Positions 34,640-46,200 of a stretch of DNA of 64,000 nucleotides are shown here, in pieces. The stretch is from Chara braunii (Eukaryota > Plantae > Charophyceae): NCBI GenBank assembly GCA_003427395.1, contig BFEA01000015.1:5939027-6003026 (forward strand). The letters run 5' to 3'. The notes below the pieces were generated by a model that was given only the letters and a program-made list of their open reading frames with translations, was not told the DNA's origin and made no database searches. Each line of letters starts with the position of its first letter. Position 1 is the stretch's first letter. The translations under genes and the position numbers were made by a program.

Positions 34640-35129
34640 GCCAAAAATATTAGCCCCACTAGTGCTTGAATGAAGGGCCAAAACAGGAAGAAAAACAAAA
34701 GAAAAGCAAGGGAAGAAGCATGGCAGCAATCCGAAATATCTCGGACTAGCCACTTTGAGGAAAATGAAGCCTAGAGAGGCTCCATGTGAAAATAGGCTCC
34801 CGAGACAAAATCGGAGCAAAGGGGGCCACAAGTTGGAAGAAAGGGAGACAAAATGAGGCTTCCCTGGGCATGGGGGAACCTCAATTGTAGTCCGAGAAAT
34901 AACGGACTGCTCATTGGGCATAGGAAGGGTTAAAACTAAGAGGAAAAACCTAGAAAATGCCTTAACGGCTAGTTGGCACTTGACATGTTAGAAAGAGGGG
35001 AAAAAAAAAAAAGGAAGAGGTGAGCGAATAAGACAAAAGGAGTGAGAGGGAGTGAGTGAGTTGGCCGTCAGTAGGGACTGGCAGGTCCCTACTATCCAAA
35101 AATAGAGGAGAAAGAAAAGAAAAGAAAAG

Positions 35130-35161
<32 letters not shown>

Positions 35162-36395
35162 GAAAAGAGGAAAAAACCTTAACGATAAAAAACGTTTACT
35201 TGGGGAGATACATCCGTGACCAGGTACATTCTGGGATATGGCGGTTGCAAAGGATCTTGATTTTCTTTTGATTTTGCTTAGAAAATCAAGAAAAATCAAG
35301 GCGTCATACAAGTGAGATACAACGGATTGCATGGGGGAGGAAAAATACATGTTTCAGATACATCCGGAGCCAAATATTGAGCCCGGATGCACTTGGGAGT
35401 TGGCCGTTGCATTTTGTTTCAGTTTAAGGCATGTTGTGATAATGAGGTTAGGAAAAAAACCATTATGGCAGTCCGAGAAATAACGAACTGTCTGGGGGTG
35501 CTTAGGCCAAAAGGAAAAGGGTCTTGGCTTACCCAAAACACTAAAAAAAAAAAACATCCTTGGCTTGGGCAAATAAAGACGACAAATGGGGACCACGGCG
35601 TGGTGGATCTCGCGACCTAGAATATTCGCGACACTTGAGGTCCATGGGAAGAAGGGATTGGGATTGCGGGGGACAAGAGAGCCCTAAATAAAAATGAGAC
35701 GTCACCGGGAAGGATGCCGAGGAACAAATGGGCCCCAATAAAAGTAGTTGAAATTTGGCACATGTGCCGATGGGATAGCCGTCGGGATTCAGAAAATGGA
35801 ATTGACATGGGAGAGTGGCGGGGACTTTAGTAGTGCTAAGGGAACCATGAGCTAGAAAAAAAGGAGTGTGCAAGCAAAAAGTGTCGTCAAGATCAAGATC
35901 TTACGGTGGAAAATATTAGCCACTGTGAGTGCAAAAGTGAAAGAGCCTAGGGAGTGGGTGCCATAAGGCAAAAAAAGAGAGAAAAAGGGTAAAAGGAGGG
36001 GACTGCCCAGCAGTTCGAGATATCTTGGACTAGCAGGGCACAAAAAAATAGAGCCTCAATAGGCTCTATGCAGAAAATAAGCTGCCAAGGAAAAATCAGA
36101 GCATAAAGGGGTTCAAAAATGAGAAAACGGAGGCAAACAAGAGCCCCCATGAGCATGGGGGCTTCATTATTGTTGCAACTGCCAACTGCTATGCATGAAT
36201 CTGACCATGAAGGAGGGTCTAAGGCCTAGAAAGAGAGTGCATAACAACTTGACATTTGTCACAACAGAAATAAAAGAAAAAAAAAATAAATGAGAGAAAA
36301 TGGACGGAGAATGAGACAAAAGGGGAGAAAAGAGTGGAGGAGAATGTACCGGTCAGTTGGGACTGGCACAATAGGGACTGACAGGTCCCTATTGT
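34640..36395. repeat. Diverged ~1.28-kb-period duplication in an A-rich unclassified repeat
   Basis: Shared landmarks aatattagcc (34646/35912), atatctYggactagc (34736/36020) and tagggactgRcaggtcccta (35072/36372). Confidence 0.6.
35110..35167. repeat. (AAAAG)n microsatellite
   Basis: Pentanucleotide run. Confidence 0.9.
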
Positions 36396-37609
36396 GACCT
36401 CATCCCTCCAGATTTTGTGGAGGGCAATCTGGATTGCAAAGATAATGCCCTTGGAGCATTATCTCAACAATATCTGAATCTAAAAGGGCAAAAATGAGTG
36501 AAAAAGCAAAAAGGGGTTGACCGTTTTTTTTGTGAGTCATGGATCTGAGATCAGATCTCATGGTTAAGAGCATATGGACGTTTTTTGTGGGGCCAGCTCA
36601 AACGGCCAACTCCGGAATGAGTTGGCAACCCAAAATGGAAAAACATAAAAGAAGGAAAAAACCGAAACTATACATTTGGCCTAAATAGAAGGCCAGATGC
36701 ACCAAGAATTGAAAAAGTGAGCCTAGGGGCTCAAAATTGAAGCAAGGACCACTTGGGGGTAGCTCATAATTATGCTGGCTTATGATCTCAGCCAGATCCA
36801 ATACTAAGATTGCTTCGAGATGTGAGAAAATATCTTGGCCTACCCAAAATAGGGTAGCAATAACAAAAAGTGAGAAAAGGGTCCATAAGGCTTTTTTTTT
36901 TCAAGTGAGGCTGCCCGTTGAGCATTTGGACTCAAGGGGGCAGCATTTGAAAAGGAAAAGGAGGCTTGAGGAGGCCAAGAGGCAGTCCGCGTTGGTACCA
37001 ACCACTCGGACTGCATGTACCTGGCCGAAATGAGGCTCATGTACCCCCGAGAGGCCTAGTGGAGGAACTTGGCCTTGGGGGTACCTTAGTTCACTTGGAG
37101 GCACATGGGGAGGCCCATGGGCTGGCCGGTACACCAGTTGCAACCTATATTAGTCGAGGGAGCAACCTGCCACACTCACATTTGCTTGAGGAGCGCCCGT
37201 GCTGCCCAAGTGAGATCATAGGAGCACTCTACTTACTTGGAGTGAGAGGAGGGGAACCGATGCCGGTTGGCGAACTTGGAGGAGGCTGTGGGATAGGAAA
37301 AGTTGCCATTAGAGCTAGTGTGAGTAGTGGAGGCTCAAGAAGGTGGTCCGCCATAACCCCCAGGCTGTGGGAGAGAGATAGAGGCTTGGAGGAGCCCATT
37401 CAACCCTCCTAGAGGGGAGGACTCCATAACCTTGGTAGTTGGAGCTTGCCATAGGCAGGGAGAGTCTGGAAGAGGAAGGAGTTGAGGACTTGAGGAAGAA
37501 GAGAGCCATAGCTAAGTGAGATCAGTGCGAAGGAGGAAGAAGCTTCACCAAGATTAGTCTTCAATACCAAGAAAAAAAAAAAGAGGTGAGTGGGAACAAG
37601 GAAGAAAAA

Positions 37610-37815
37610 CTTCTTATTCTTTCTCCTCGTCTTTTTCTTCTTCTGTTCTCCTTCTTCTTCTTCCTCCTCCTTTCTTTTTCCCTCTACTTCTTCTCCTTCT
37701 TCTTCTTCTTCTCCTTCTTCTTCTTTTTCTTCTCTCATTTTCTTCTTTGATCTTTTTCTCTTCATCCTCCTCCTCCCCCTTTTCCTTCCTCCTCTTCATC
37801 TTCAACTTCCTCTTC
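37610..37815. repeat. (CTT/CCT)-rich low-complexity tract
   Basis: Pyrimidine trinucleotide repeats; they produce the Glu/Lys/Arg-rich minus-strand ORFs. Confidence 0.85.
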
Positions 37816-38029
37816 AGGGAAGAGACAGAAAGTAGGTCCTTCGTTAGTGATGTCTCCATGATAGTCATTTCCTTCACTCCCTATCAAATCGCCATTTTGG
37901 GCTATCATTTCTTTTTTTCACCCATGGAGACACTTTGGTGATCCTAGCCTCCCACATTGTCAATTTCTCCACCTTGTAATGATCCGATTCAATGTTGGAT
38001 GCTTCCATGAGTACTATGCAGGTGTTTAG

Positions 38030-39866
38030 CAAGTCTCACTCACATGCAACTCGCTCTCCCAATTGGTGATGTACCGGTCCCTTGCTAGTTGCTCCATAGC
38101 ACATGTGTGTGTATGCTGTAGGTTCATTTGTCCAAGTTCAGTCTTTCTCTCACTTGGTGATGTGGCAGTGCTTTCCTAGTTGCTCCATTGCTCATTTGTG
38201 TGTGTGTTGTAGTCTCATTGGTGCAAGTTTAGTCTTTCTCTCACTTGTTGATATGTTGGTTTCTTCCTAGTTGCTCCGTAGCTCGTGTATGTGTGTGTTG
38301 TAGTCTCATTGGTGCAAGTCCAGTCTTTCTCTCACTTGGTGATGTGCCGGTTTCTTCCTAGTTGCTCCATAGCTCATATGTGTGTGTTGTAGTCTCATTG
38401 GTGCAAGGTCAATCTTTCTCTCACTTGGTGATGTGCCGGTTTCTTCCTAGTTGTTCCATAACTCGTATATGTGTGTGTTGTAGTCTCATTGGTGCAAGTT
38501 CAGTCTTTCTCTCACTTGGTGATGTGCTGGTGCTTTCCTAGTTGTTCCATAGCTCATGTATGTGTGTGTTGTAGTCTCATTAGTGCAAGTTTAGTCTTTG
38601 TCTCATTTGGTGATGTGCCGGTCTCTTCCTAGTTGCTCCGGAGCTCATGTATGTGTGTGTTGTAGTCTCTTTGGTGCAAGTCCAGTCTTTCTTTCACTTG
38701 GTGATGTGCCGGATTCTGACTAGTTGCTCCATAGCTTCATGCATGTGTGTGTTGTACTCTCATTGGTGCAAGGTCAGTCTTTCTCTCACTTGGTGATGTG
38801 CCAGTTTCTTCCTAGTTGCTCCATAGCTCATGTATGTGTGTGCTGTAGTCTTTCTCTCACTTGGTGATGTGTCGGTGCCTTCCTAGTTGCTCCGTAGCTC
38901 ATGAATGTGTATGTTGTAGTTTCATTGGTGCAAGTCCAGTCTTTCTCTCACTTAGTGATGTGCCGGTTCCTTCCTAGTTGCTCCATAACTCATGTATGTG
39001 TGTGCTGTAGTCTCATGGGTGCAAGTTCAGTCTTTGTCCCAGTTGGTGATGTACCGGTTCCTTCCTGGTTCCTCCATAGCTTGTGTGTGTGTATGTTGTA
39101 GGTCCATTTGTCCAAGTTCAGTCTTTCCTCACTTGGGGACGTGGCGGTGCTTTCCTAGTTGCTCCATAGCTCATATGCGTGTGTGTTGTAGTCTTGGTGC
39201 AAGTTGAGTCTTTTTCTCACTTGGTGATGTACCGGTTTCTTCCTAGTTGCTTGATAGCTCACATGTGTGTATGCTGCACTCTCACATGTGCAAGTTCAGT
39301 ACTTCCTCACTTGGTGATGTGGCGATGCCTTTCTAGTTGCTCCATAGGTCATGCATGTGTGTTGTAGTCTCATTGGTGCAAGTTCAGTCTTTCTCTCACT
39401 TGGTGATGTGTCGGTTTCTTCCTAGTTGCTCCACAGCTCATGTATGTGTGTGTTGTAGCCTCACGGGTGCAAGTTCAGTTTTTCTCCCACTTGGTGATGT
39501 ACCGATTCCTTCCTAGTTGCTCCATAGCTTGTGTGTGTGTATGTTGTAGGTCCATTTGTCCAAGTTCAGTCTTTCCCTCACCTGGGGATGTGGCAGTGCT
39601 TTCCTAGTCGCTCCATAGCTCATATGTGTATCTTGTAGTCTCATTGCTGCAAGTTCAGTCTTTCTCTCGCTTAGTGATGTACCGGTCCCTTCCTAGTTGC
39701 TCCATAGCTCACATGTGTGTATGCTGCACTCTCACATGTGCAAGTTAAGTCCTTCCTCACTTGGTGATGTGGCGGTGCCTTTCTAGTTGCTCTATAGCTC
39801 ATGTATATGTATGTTGTAGTCTCATTGGTGCAAGTGCAGTCTTTCTCTCACTTGGTGATGTACCGG
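38030..39866. repeat. ~91-bp satellite, ~20 copies, interrupted by element B
   Basis: Unit gtctttctctcacttggtgatgtgccggtttcttcctagttgctccatagctcatgtatgtgtgtgttgtagtctcattggtgcaagttca; starts at 38141, 38232, 38323 and onward. Confidence 0.95.
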
Positions 39867-41490
39867 TGTCAGGCGGCCGCAGACGGTTGGCCACCCGACA
39901 TACGAGGTATTCGTCTCTCAACCGAACGTCCGGTTAGGATTTGTTGGGTACTCTTGTCGGGACCGTCGAGGAAAATTAGGGGTCGGAAAAAGGGCCCTAA
40001 AATTCCCTCGATCGATTATGAAAACTGACCCTTGAAATTAACAAAATGAACAGCCACGCCCGCCGCCCCTAACACCTACCGTTTTCATTCGTTCCAAGGT
40101 TGTTCCCAATGCGGCCGACCATGGAACCGGGATACGGTGCTAGGCCGTGGCGCGCTCCTTTCACACTGGACAATTGACGAGGGAAATGGGCCAGCAATTT
40201 TCGCCGATTTAATAACCAAATCAAAATTGAGAAAAAGAATTAAAAATAATAAAAGGGAAGAAAATAACGGAATATTTGTTACTTGATTAAATTTTATCGG
40301 AAGTTATCCTTGGTAAAATTATCCTTTATTTTTATTAATTTCAATATCAAAATTAATAGTGCATAAAAGAATTAAAATAAATAAATAAATGATTAATTAT
40401 TATTTGATTAATTTTAACGGAATTTACTCCTGATCTTGGGAATTATTTAATTATCCGGAGTCCGTTGATCCGTGCGAGTTCCGATGGCTATGAACCCACG
40501 CTTGATTTTGCCTCTGTATGACCCCGATGTTATTGAGTGAGCCGGGTTGTATTCTGCTGGATTCTTATTGTCTTTGATTATATTGACGGTGAGATCAAAC
40601 AGACCGGTTTACGGTTCACAGCAGCCGGTCAGATTGGTGTAGTTACTGGTCCAGCGTTGACGAGATTCATGGTGGTATGGTAGTCACGCTGGTTGGCACG
40701 ACAATTGGTCCGCGGTTCGGTACTTTTGCTTGGTACGGTCACTGACTTAGCATTTACATAGTATTGGAACAGTGTATTGCAACCTGATCTCATTATTCTG
40801 GTTGATCACTGGTCCAAAGCTGGTACGCCACACTTGTTGCTCGGTATGGTATTCAACATTGGATTGATGCGGTTACAGGGCTGGTACTTGCACGACACAC
40901 GTTTTGTCTGCTTCGGTATTCGGCCTGGGTGGGGATTCCCGCTGCCTACTCTTGCTGATGGTATTATTATGATATGATCGTGACTTTGCGGCATCTGCTG
41001 GTTTGGTACGGGGACGGTTCACATCGGGTTGGATATCATTATTGCTTGGTTCGACATTGAGGCCTGACGCGATGATGTTGATGAGGCCTACTCTCATTCA
41101 GGTACGGCCACTGGTCCAACTCAGGTACGGTACAGGATTCGTTGGATACGAATGTCGCGGCTCATCTGTGTAATACGGATTGCTAGCAGACCACTGTAGG
41201 CTACAAGAATTGGTCCGGACGCGTTATACCTTGCTGGAATTACCGGTGCATTCCCTGTTGGTATCGCTGGGCCTACATGGGTCCCAGTCCACTGGGCCAT
41301 CACTATACTGGACCTGTGAGCCCGGGTTTTGCTGCTACCTTCGGTCCGCTGAGGCCTACGACCAGTGCGGCAGTCCGCATATAGCCAGAGCAGATTGGAG
41401 TTTTGAAGCAAGCATTTTCTCGCACGTGCTAGGCGTACGCAGCCCACTACCAATGTTACTGGACAGCGAGAGGGAAGAAGCTCGGTTCTC

Positions 41491-41777
41491 GCATCAGAAG
41501 GGAGATACGATTCTAGTCCCGGAGAATGCATGCGAGGTGTACGCGACCATTGATCAACGTTCGGAGCGGCAGACATGGGGTAGAGCGGAAGGCAGAGGAA
41601 CGAAGGGAAATCAAGAGAGGAGATCCTAGCTCGGTTCACGCATCAGAAGGGAGGTGCGATTCTAGTCCGGGGGAATGCGTGCTAGGTGTACGTGGACATT
41701 GATCAACGTTCGGAGCGGTAGACGTGGGGTGGAGCGGAAGGCAGAGGAACGAATGGAAGCCAAGAGAGGAGATCCTG
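41491..41777. repeat. ~149-bp tandem duplication within LTR B
   Basis: gcatcagaagggag...ttgatcaacgttcggagcgg...caagagaggagatcct occurs twice. Confidence 0.85.
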
Positions 41778-42793
41778 GTGCGCGCTTCGGTTGGCGTACG
41801 CATCTTGGGAACAACAAAATAGTGCAGAACTGAGGGGGGGGGTGATGGGAGCGAACGAGGACGCATGAGGGGACGAGATTGAGAGAGAAAGAGGGAGAGG
41901 GTACATGTGTGCCTAACCCAAGTGTGCCTAACCGTGAGAGGGTGAAGCGAGAAGGGCGGTTAGAGACGCCCTATACGAATGAAGGGGGAAATGAATACAG
42001 TATGTATGCGGTCCTAAGCAAGGCAACTCTTCCAAGTTCGAGTGCGAGAGATTACACAGGCGTGAAGTTCAAATACGTACAGTGATATAAAGCCGGGTGA
42101 AGGGCACAAATCTACTCGTTGCTCCGAAATTGATTAACTTGGCCGAGAACGCAGCCAAGTTCATTCGTATTTGAGCCAGCCTGTTCGCCTCCTGACAACG
42201 GGAAGTTGAGAATAACGTTCTCTGCGCAGTCAAAATGGTGTTCCCTCAAAAGTTTGCCTGCAACGTCGCTCTACTCGGAGTGTCGGTGATCTAGCAGAAA
42301 GGCCATCTCGATTGGGTGGGTAAGTCGTCACGGAAGGTAAGGATTGACGCTGCTCATCCTCTTATCTTTCTAGTCAGCAACCTCCCCTGTTTCGACGTGA
42401 GAGTAATTGGAATTAGTGCGCGTCTTCAATCGCCTACACATGCGCACAGTCTTGGGCTCGAGCTTGGGGGTTTGAACGAGTGTGTCTGTAAGCGTAAGTG
42501 AGGGAGGGAAAAGAGCAAAGACAGATAAGGTAACGAAAGGAGAGAGGAAGCCCAATACACGCAGGGACGAGACGGGAACTTTCAATCACGTGTGGGGAAT
42601 CCCCGTGGAGACTGGTTTATCATAGTCCTAGCTCTCAAGAATGTGTCCTCTCTCGACCACGAACTGTTCGATCTTGATTGGGGGGGAAAAAGTCAAACAG
42701 TCGTGAATGCGCAATGGTAACGGTTGATGCTGAAATGATATGAGCTTACCCTTGTGCGTTCCCTTCGAAAGGCTTGAGGTTATCAACGATGGT

Positions 42794-43244
42794 CTGTGTG
42801 TCCGAAATTGGATTCAACCCGTGTTTCGCGTTGAAAAATTGAATGCACGTTGAATTCGCGTTGAATCCCCGTTCGAACACGCGTTAGACGCGAATGAACG
42901 GGGCCCGCGAACCGCATTCGCGCGTTTGGGAGGGGGGTAGGGGTTTTTTGAAGGTGTGGGGTGGTAGTGTCCGTTGTCGGGTACCACCCCATGCATTCAT
43001 TTTTATTTTATTTTATTTTATTTTTACTAAAAAAAAAATTAAAAGAACGCGCGTGAACCCGTTTGCATCGTGCAGGGCGTTCGCGGGGTGCCGGCCTTCG
43101 GCGGCCTGCTAGGGGGGTGGCGCAGGGGAAACGGTCCGAACGGGTACAAAAAAAGTCGTTGCGTTCGGCCGCAACTCATTTGCCGTGCGAGCCATAACGC
43201 TCCAACACGACAAACGGGTTCCCCCTGCGTCGAACGCAGCGGAC

Positions 43245-43277
<33 letters not shown>

Positions 43278-46200
43278 GGGCTGCCGCAGGAGAGAGAGGG
43301 AGCAGGGAGCGTCGCAGGGAGCGTGGAGCGGAGCGGAGCGGCGCTGGTGCTGCGACGAAGCTAGAGCAGCAGCGTAGCACGTTCAACGACGGTGGCGAAT
43401 CGACATGCGCGGCCCCGATTGACGCCGTTGAATTTTTAATTCAACGACGTTAAACGCGATTGCACGCGTTTGAACACGTTTGAAGGGCGTTCAACGCGAT
43501 TGAACGTGTGGGGCCGGCGGGCGTTTGCCGGGGTTCAGCGGCGTGCGCNNNNNNNNNNNNNNNNNNNNNNNNNNNNNNNNNNNNNNNNNNNNNNNNNNNN
43601 NNNNNNNNNNNNNNNNNNNNNNNNNNNNNNNNNNNNNNNNNNNNNNNNNNNNNNNNNNNNNNNNNNNNNNNNNNNNNNNNNNNNNNNNNNNNNNNNNNNN
43701 NNNNNNNNNNNNNNNNNNNNNNNNNNNNNNNNNNNNNNNNNNNNNNNNNNNNNNNNNNNNNNNNNNNNNNNNNNNNNNNNNNNNNNNNNNNNNNNNNNNN
43801 NNNNNNNNNNNNNNNNNNNNNNNNNNNNNNNNNNNNNNNNNNNNNGGGGGGGGAGTGGGGTACTGGGGGGGGGTGTGACGGAGTTGGGGGAGGGGGGACC
43901 CTGCGACGGGCAGCGGTCGACGGGCGTTGGGTTGCAGCGGTGCGCTCGGAGAGAGTTAGCGAGGGTTGTCTCGCCAGGGCGGTCGGCATGGGGAGGGCAC
44001 AGCGCCGCCAGCGTGAGCCTTCCCCAGACCATGTGCAGGACACATTCAGGGCCTGCTCCCCTGGGCATCGGTACCTGGTTATCGGCTAGAAGGTCGACAA
44101 CAAGGGGTTCATGATGCTTCGTTGCACGTTTTGCAACAAAGTTTTCCAAGGGACCCAGTTCCAGGCCACGAGGCACTTCACACAGACGAAGTACTGCAAG
44201 GACGTCAGCGACGAGGCGCTGTATGAGATCGCGCAAAAGACTCAACAGAAGTTCGAGGTCGATCAGATGGAGAGGGTCGCCAAGTATGCAGCGGAGCGCG
44301 GACTCGATGTGCCCGACACGGGTGGTGCAAGGGGAGGAGAGGCGGGGCGGCGTCCGGTGGAGGGAGGGGTTGGGGGAGATGGTGGTTATGGTGCGCCAGA
44401 CCACCCGTTGGGGGGTGGAGGCGGTGACACGGAGGAGGGCGTGATCGACCTTGATCGCGAGGCGTGTGGCCTGGGCGAGGAGGGAGTCCCTGAACAAGAG
44501 GACGTTTCAGAGTTTTATCTAGGCACTGCGGAGAGGATGGAGGATTGGCTGAGGCGACCAGGCAAGGGACCTGCAACGGAGGGGTCTTCCAAGAGGAAGG
44601 AAGGAGGAACTAATCCGGCTGCTACCCCAGTTGGAAAGAGGCTTCGCCAGCAGAAGGTGACTGAGGTCTACGGTGGCGAGTGGGTTGCTCGCCACAAGAA
44701 GGCCTTCCTTTGCTGGCTCTATTCCAGCGGGGTCTCCTTCAATGCCTTCCGCAACCAAGCTTGGAAGGCATATGAACAGTTGCTTCTTGAGCAGCCTGGC
44801 AGTTCCCTGCGCGCTGTGCCAGCGAGATTGCGAGTATGCGGGCGGTGGAGACCCACCGTGCAGAGCCGGCGGAGGAGTTGGAGGAGGTGAGGCAGCCATT
44901 CTGGGTGATTGGTGCCACCCTCCTTCCGACGGGAGGAAATCATGAGACGGGAGACCGATCGTGAATTTCCTTGCCGCTGGCTCGCGAGGGGTCGTCGTGT
45001 ACACAACGATCAATCGAGAGGGCGAGCCGGACGATGCAGTGCACGTCCTTCGGAGATGGGTTACCATCTTCCACGAGTTCAGGTTCGGCGGCCCGCAGCG
45101 GGTCAATGCGATATGCGCTGACTCCGCTTCTGCGTACGTGGGGGCTGCCAGGGCATTGGCCTCGCCGACCATGCCTCTTGCACCGAGGAGGATCACTTGG
45201 CTCTCGTGCTCAGTCCATGTCTGCAACAAATTGTTGTCTGACATGGGGACGAGTTGCGACGCGTTTGTCGACGCTATCACACGCGCTCGTGTGCTGGTGG
45301 TGTTTTTCAAAACCCACTAGACCGCCCTTCATTTTTTTAGGAAGCGCAGCCCCAACAAGGGGCTTATTCTTTCTTGCGAGACGCGGTTCGCGTCTGTTTA
45401 TTCCATGCTAGAGAGGCTGTTGGCCCTGCAGGACACTTTGCAGGACATGATGCGAGGGGATGACGCGCGGGCTTTGGCTTCCATCCCGTGGTCCGCCGAT
45501 GTGTGGATTATGGCGCGTTGGGTGCACCGACAGATCAGATGGGATCCTTGGTGGCAGAGGGTGGCCACCATCGTCCATATCATGCAGCCTGTCATGGAGT
45601 TGCTTAGGCGGATGGATCGTGGAGGACAGTACATGTCCCTCATGATCGAGTGGACACAGGATCTTGTCCGTCGTGTCACGGACGCATGCGCTCCTTTGGG
45701 GGAGTCGTTCGTCGACCGGATCATCAGGCGTGTGCAGGCTCACACACAACACATGCTTGAGCCGGCTCACTGCGCAAACTGAAACCCCGCAGGCGACACG
45801 TTCGCTAGTTTCCAGGCGAGGTTGATCGGTACCATGCTTGGCTCGTGGGGCAAGCCAAGAGGTACATTCTGACGCATACGGGTTTCAAGTTGGAGGGTGC
45901 GGAGTACATCCTTGCATGTTGGCAGTTTGAGGACTTCGACATTCAACACGGCAGGTTTGGGGATTGGGGCGGGGCGGGGCGGAGGGGCGTCCTCGTGGGC
46001 GCGCGTGCAGCGGCGACGGCGAGACGATTTCGTGCGCGTCTTGGTGGTCTCAGTTCGGGGCTGGCGCGTCAGAGTTGCAGCGGTGTGCTCTTCAAATGAT
46101 GCACATGTGGTCTTGCGCCTCTCCAGCGGAGAGGAACTAGGCAGTCCACGAGGGCATCCACACGAAGAAGCGCAACCAGTTGGCCTTCGAGAAGGTCGTT

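Noticed and set aside
37409-37941. Glu/Lys/Arg-rich ORFs
   Set aside because: They arise from the (CTT)n low-complexity tract in several frames; the flanking frame has many stops.
38030-39866. Coding repeat or ribozyme-bearing satellite
   Set aside because: The 91-bp unit is not a multiple of 3, ORFs are short, and no hammerhead core is seen on either strand.
43450-44114. ORFs spanning N runs (also 22046-22670 and 49606-50244)
   Set aside because: Artefacts of assembly gaps at 22131-22415, 43549-43845 and 49714-50152.
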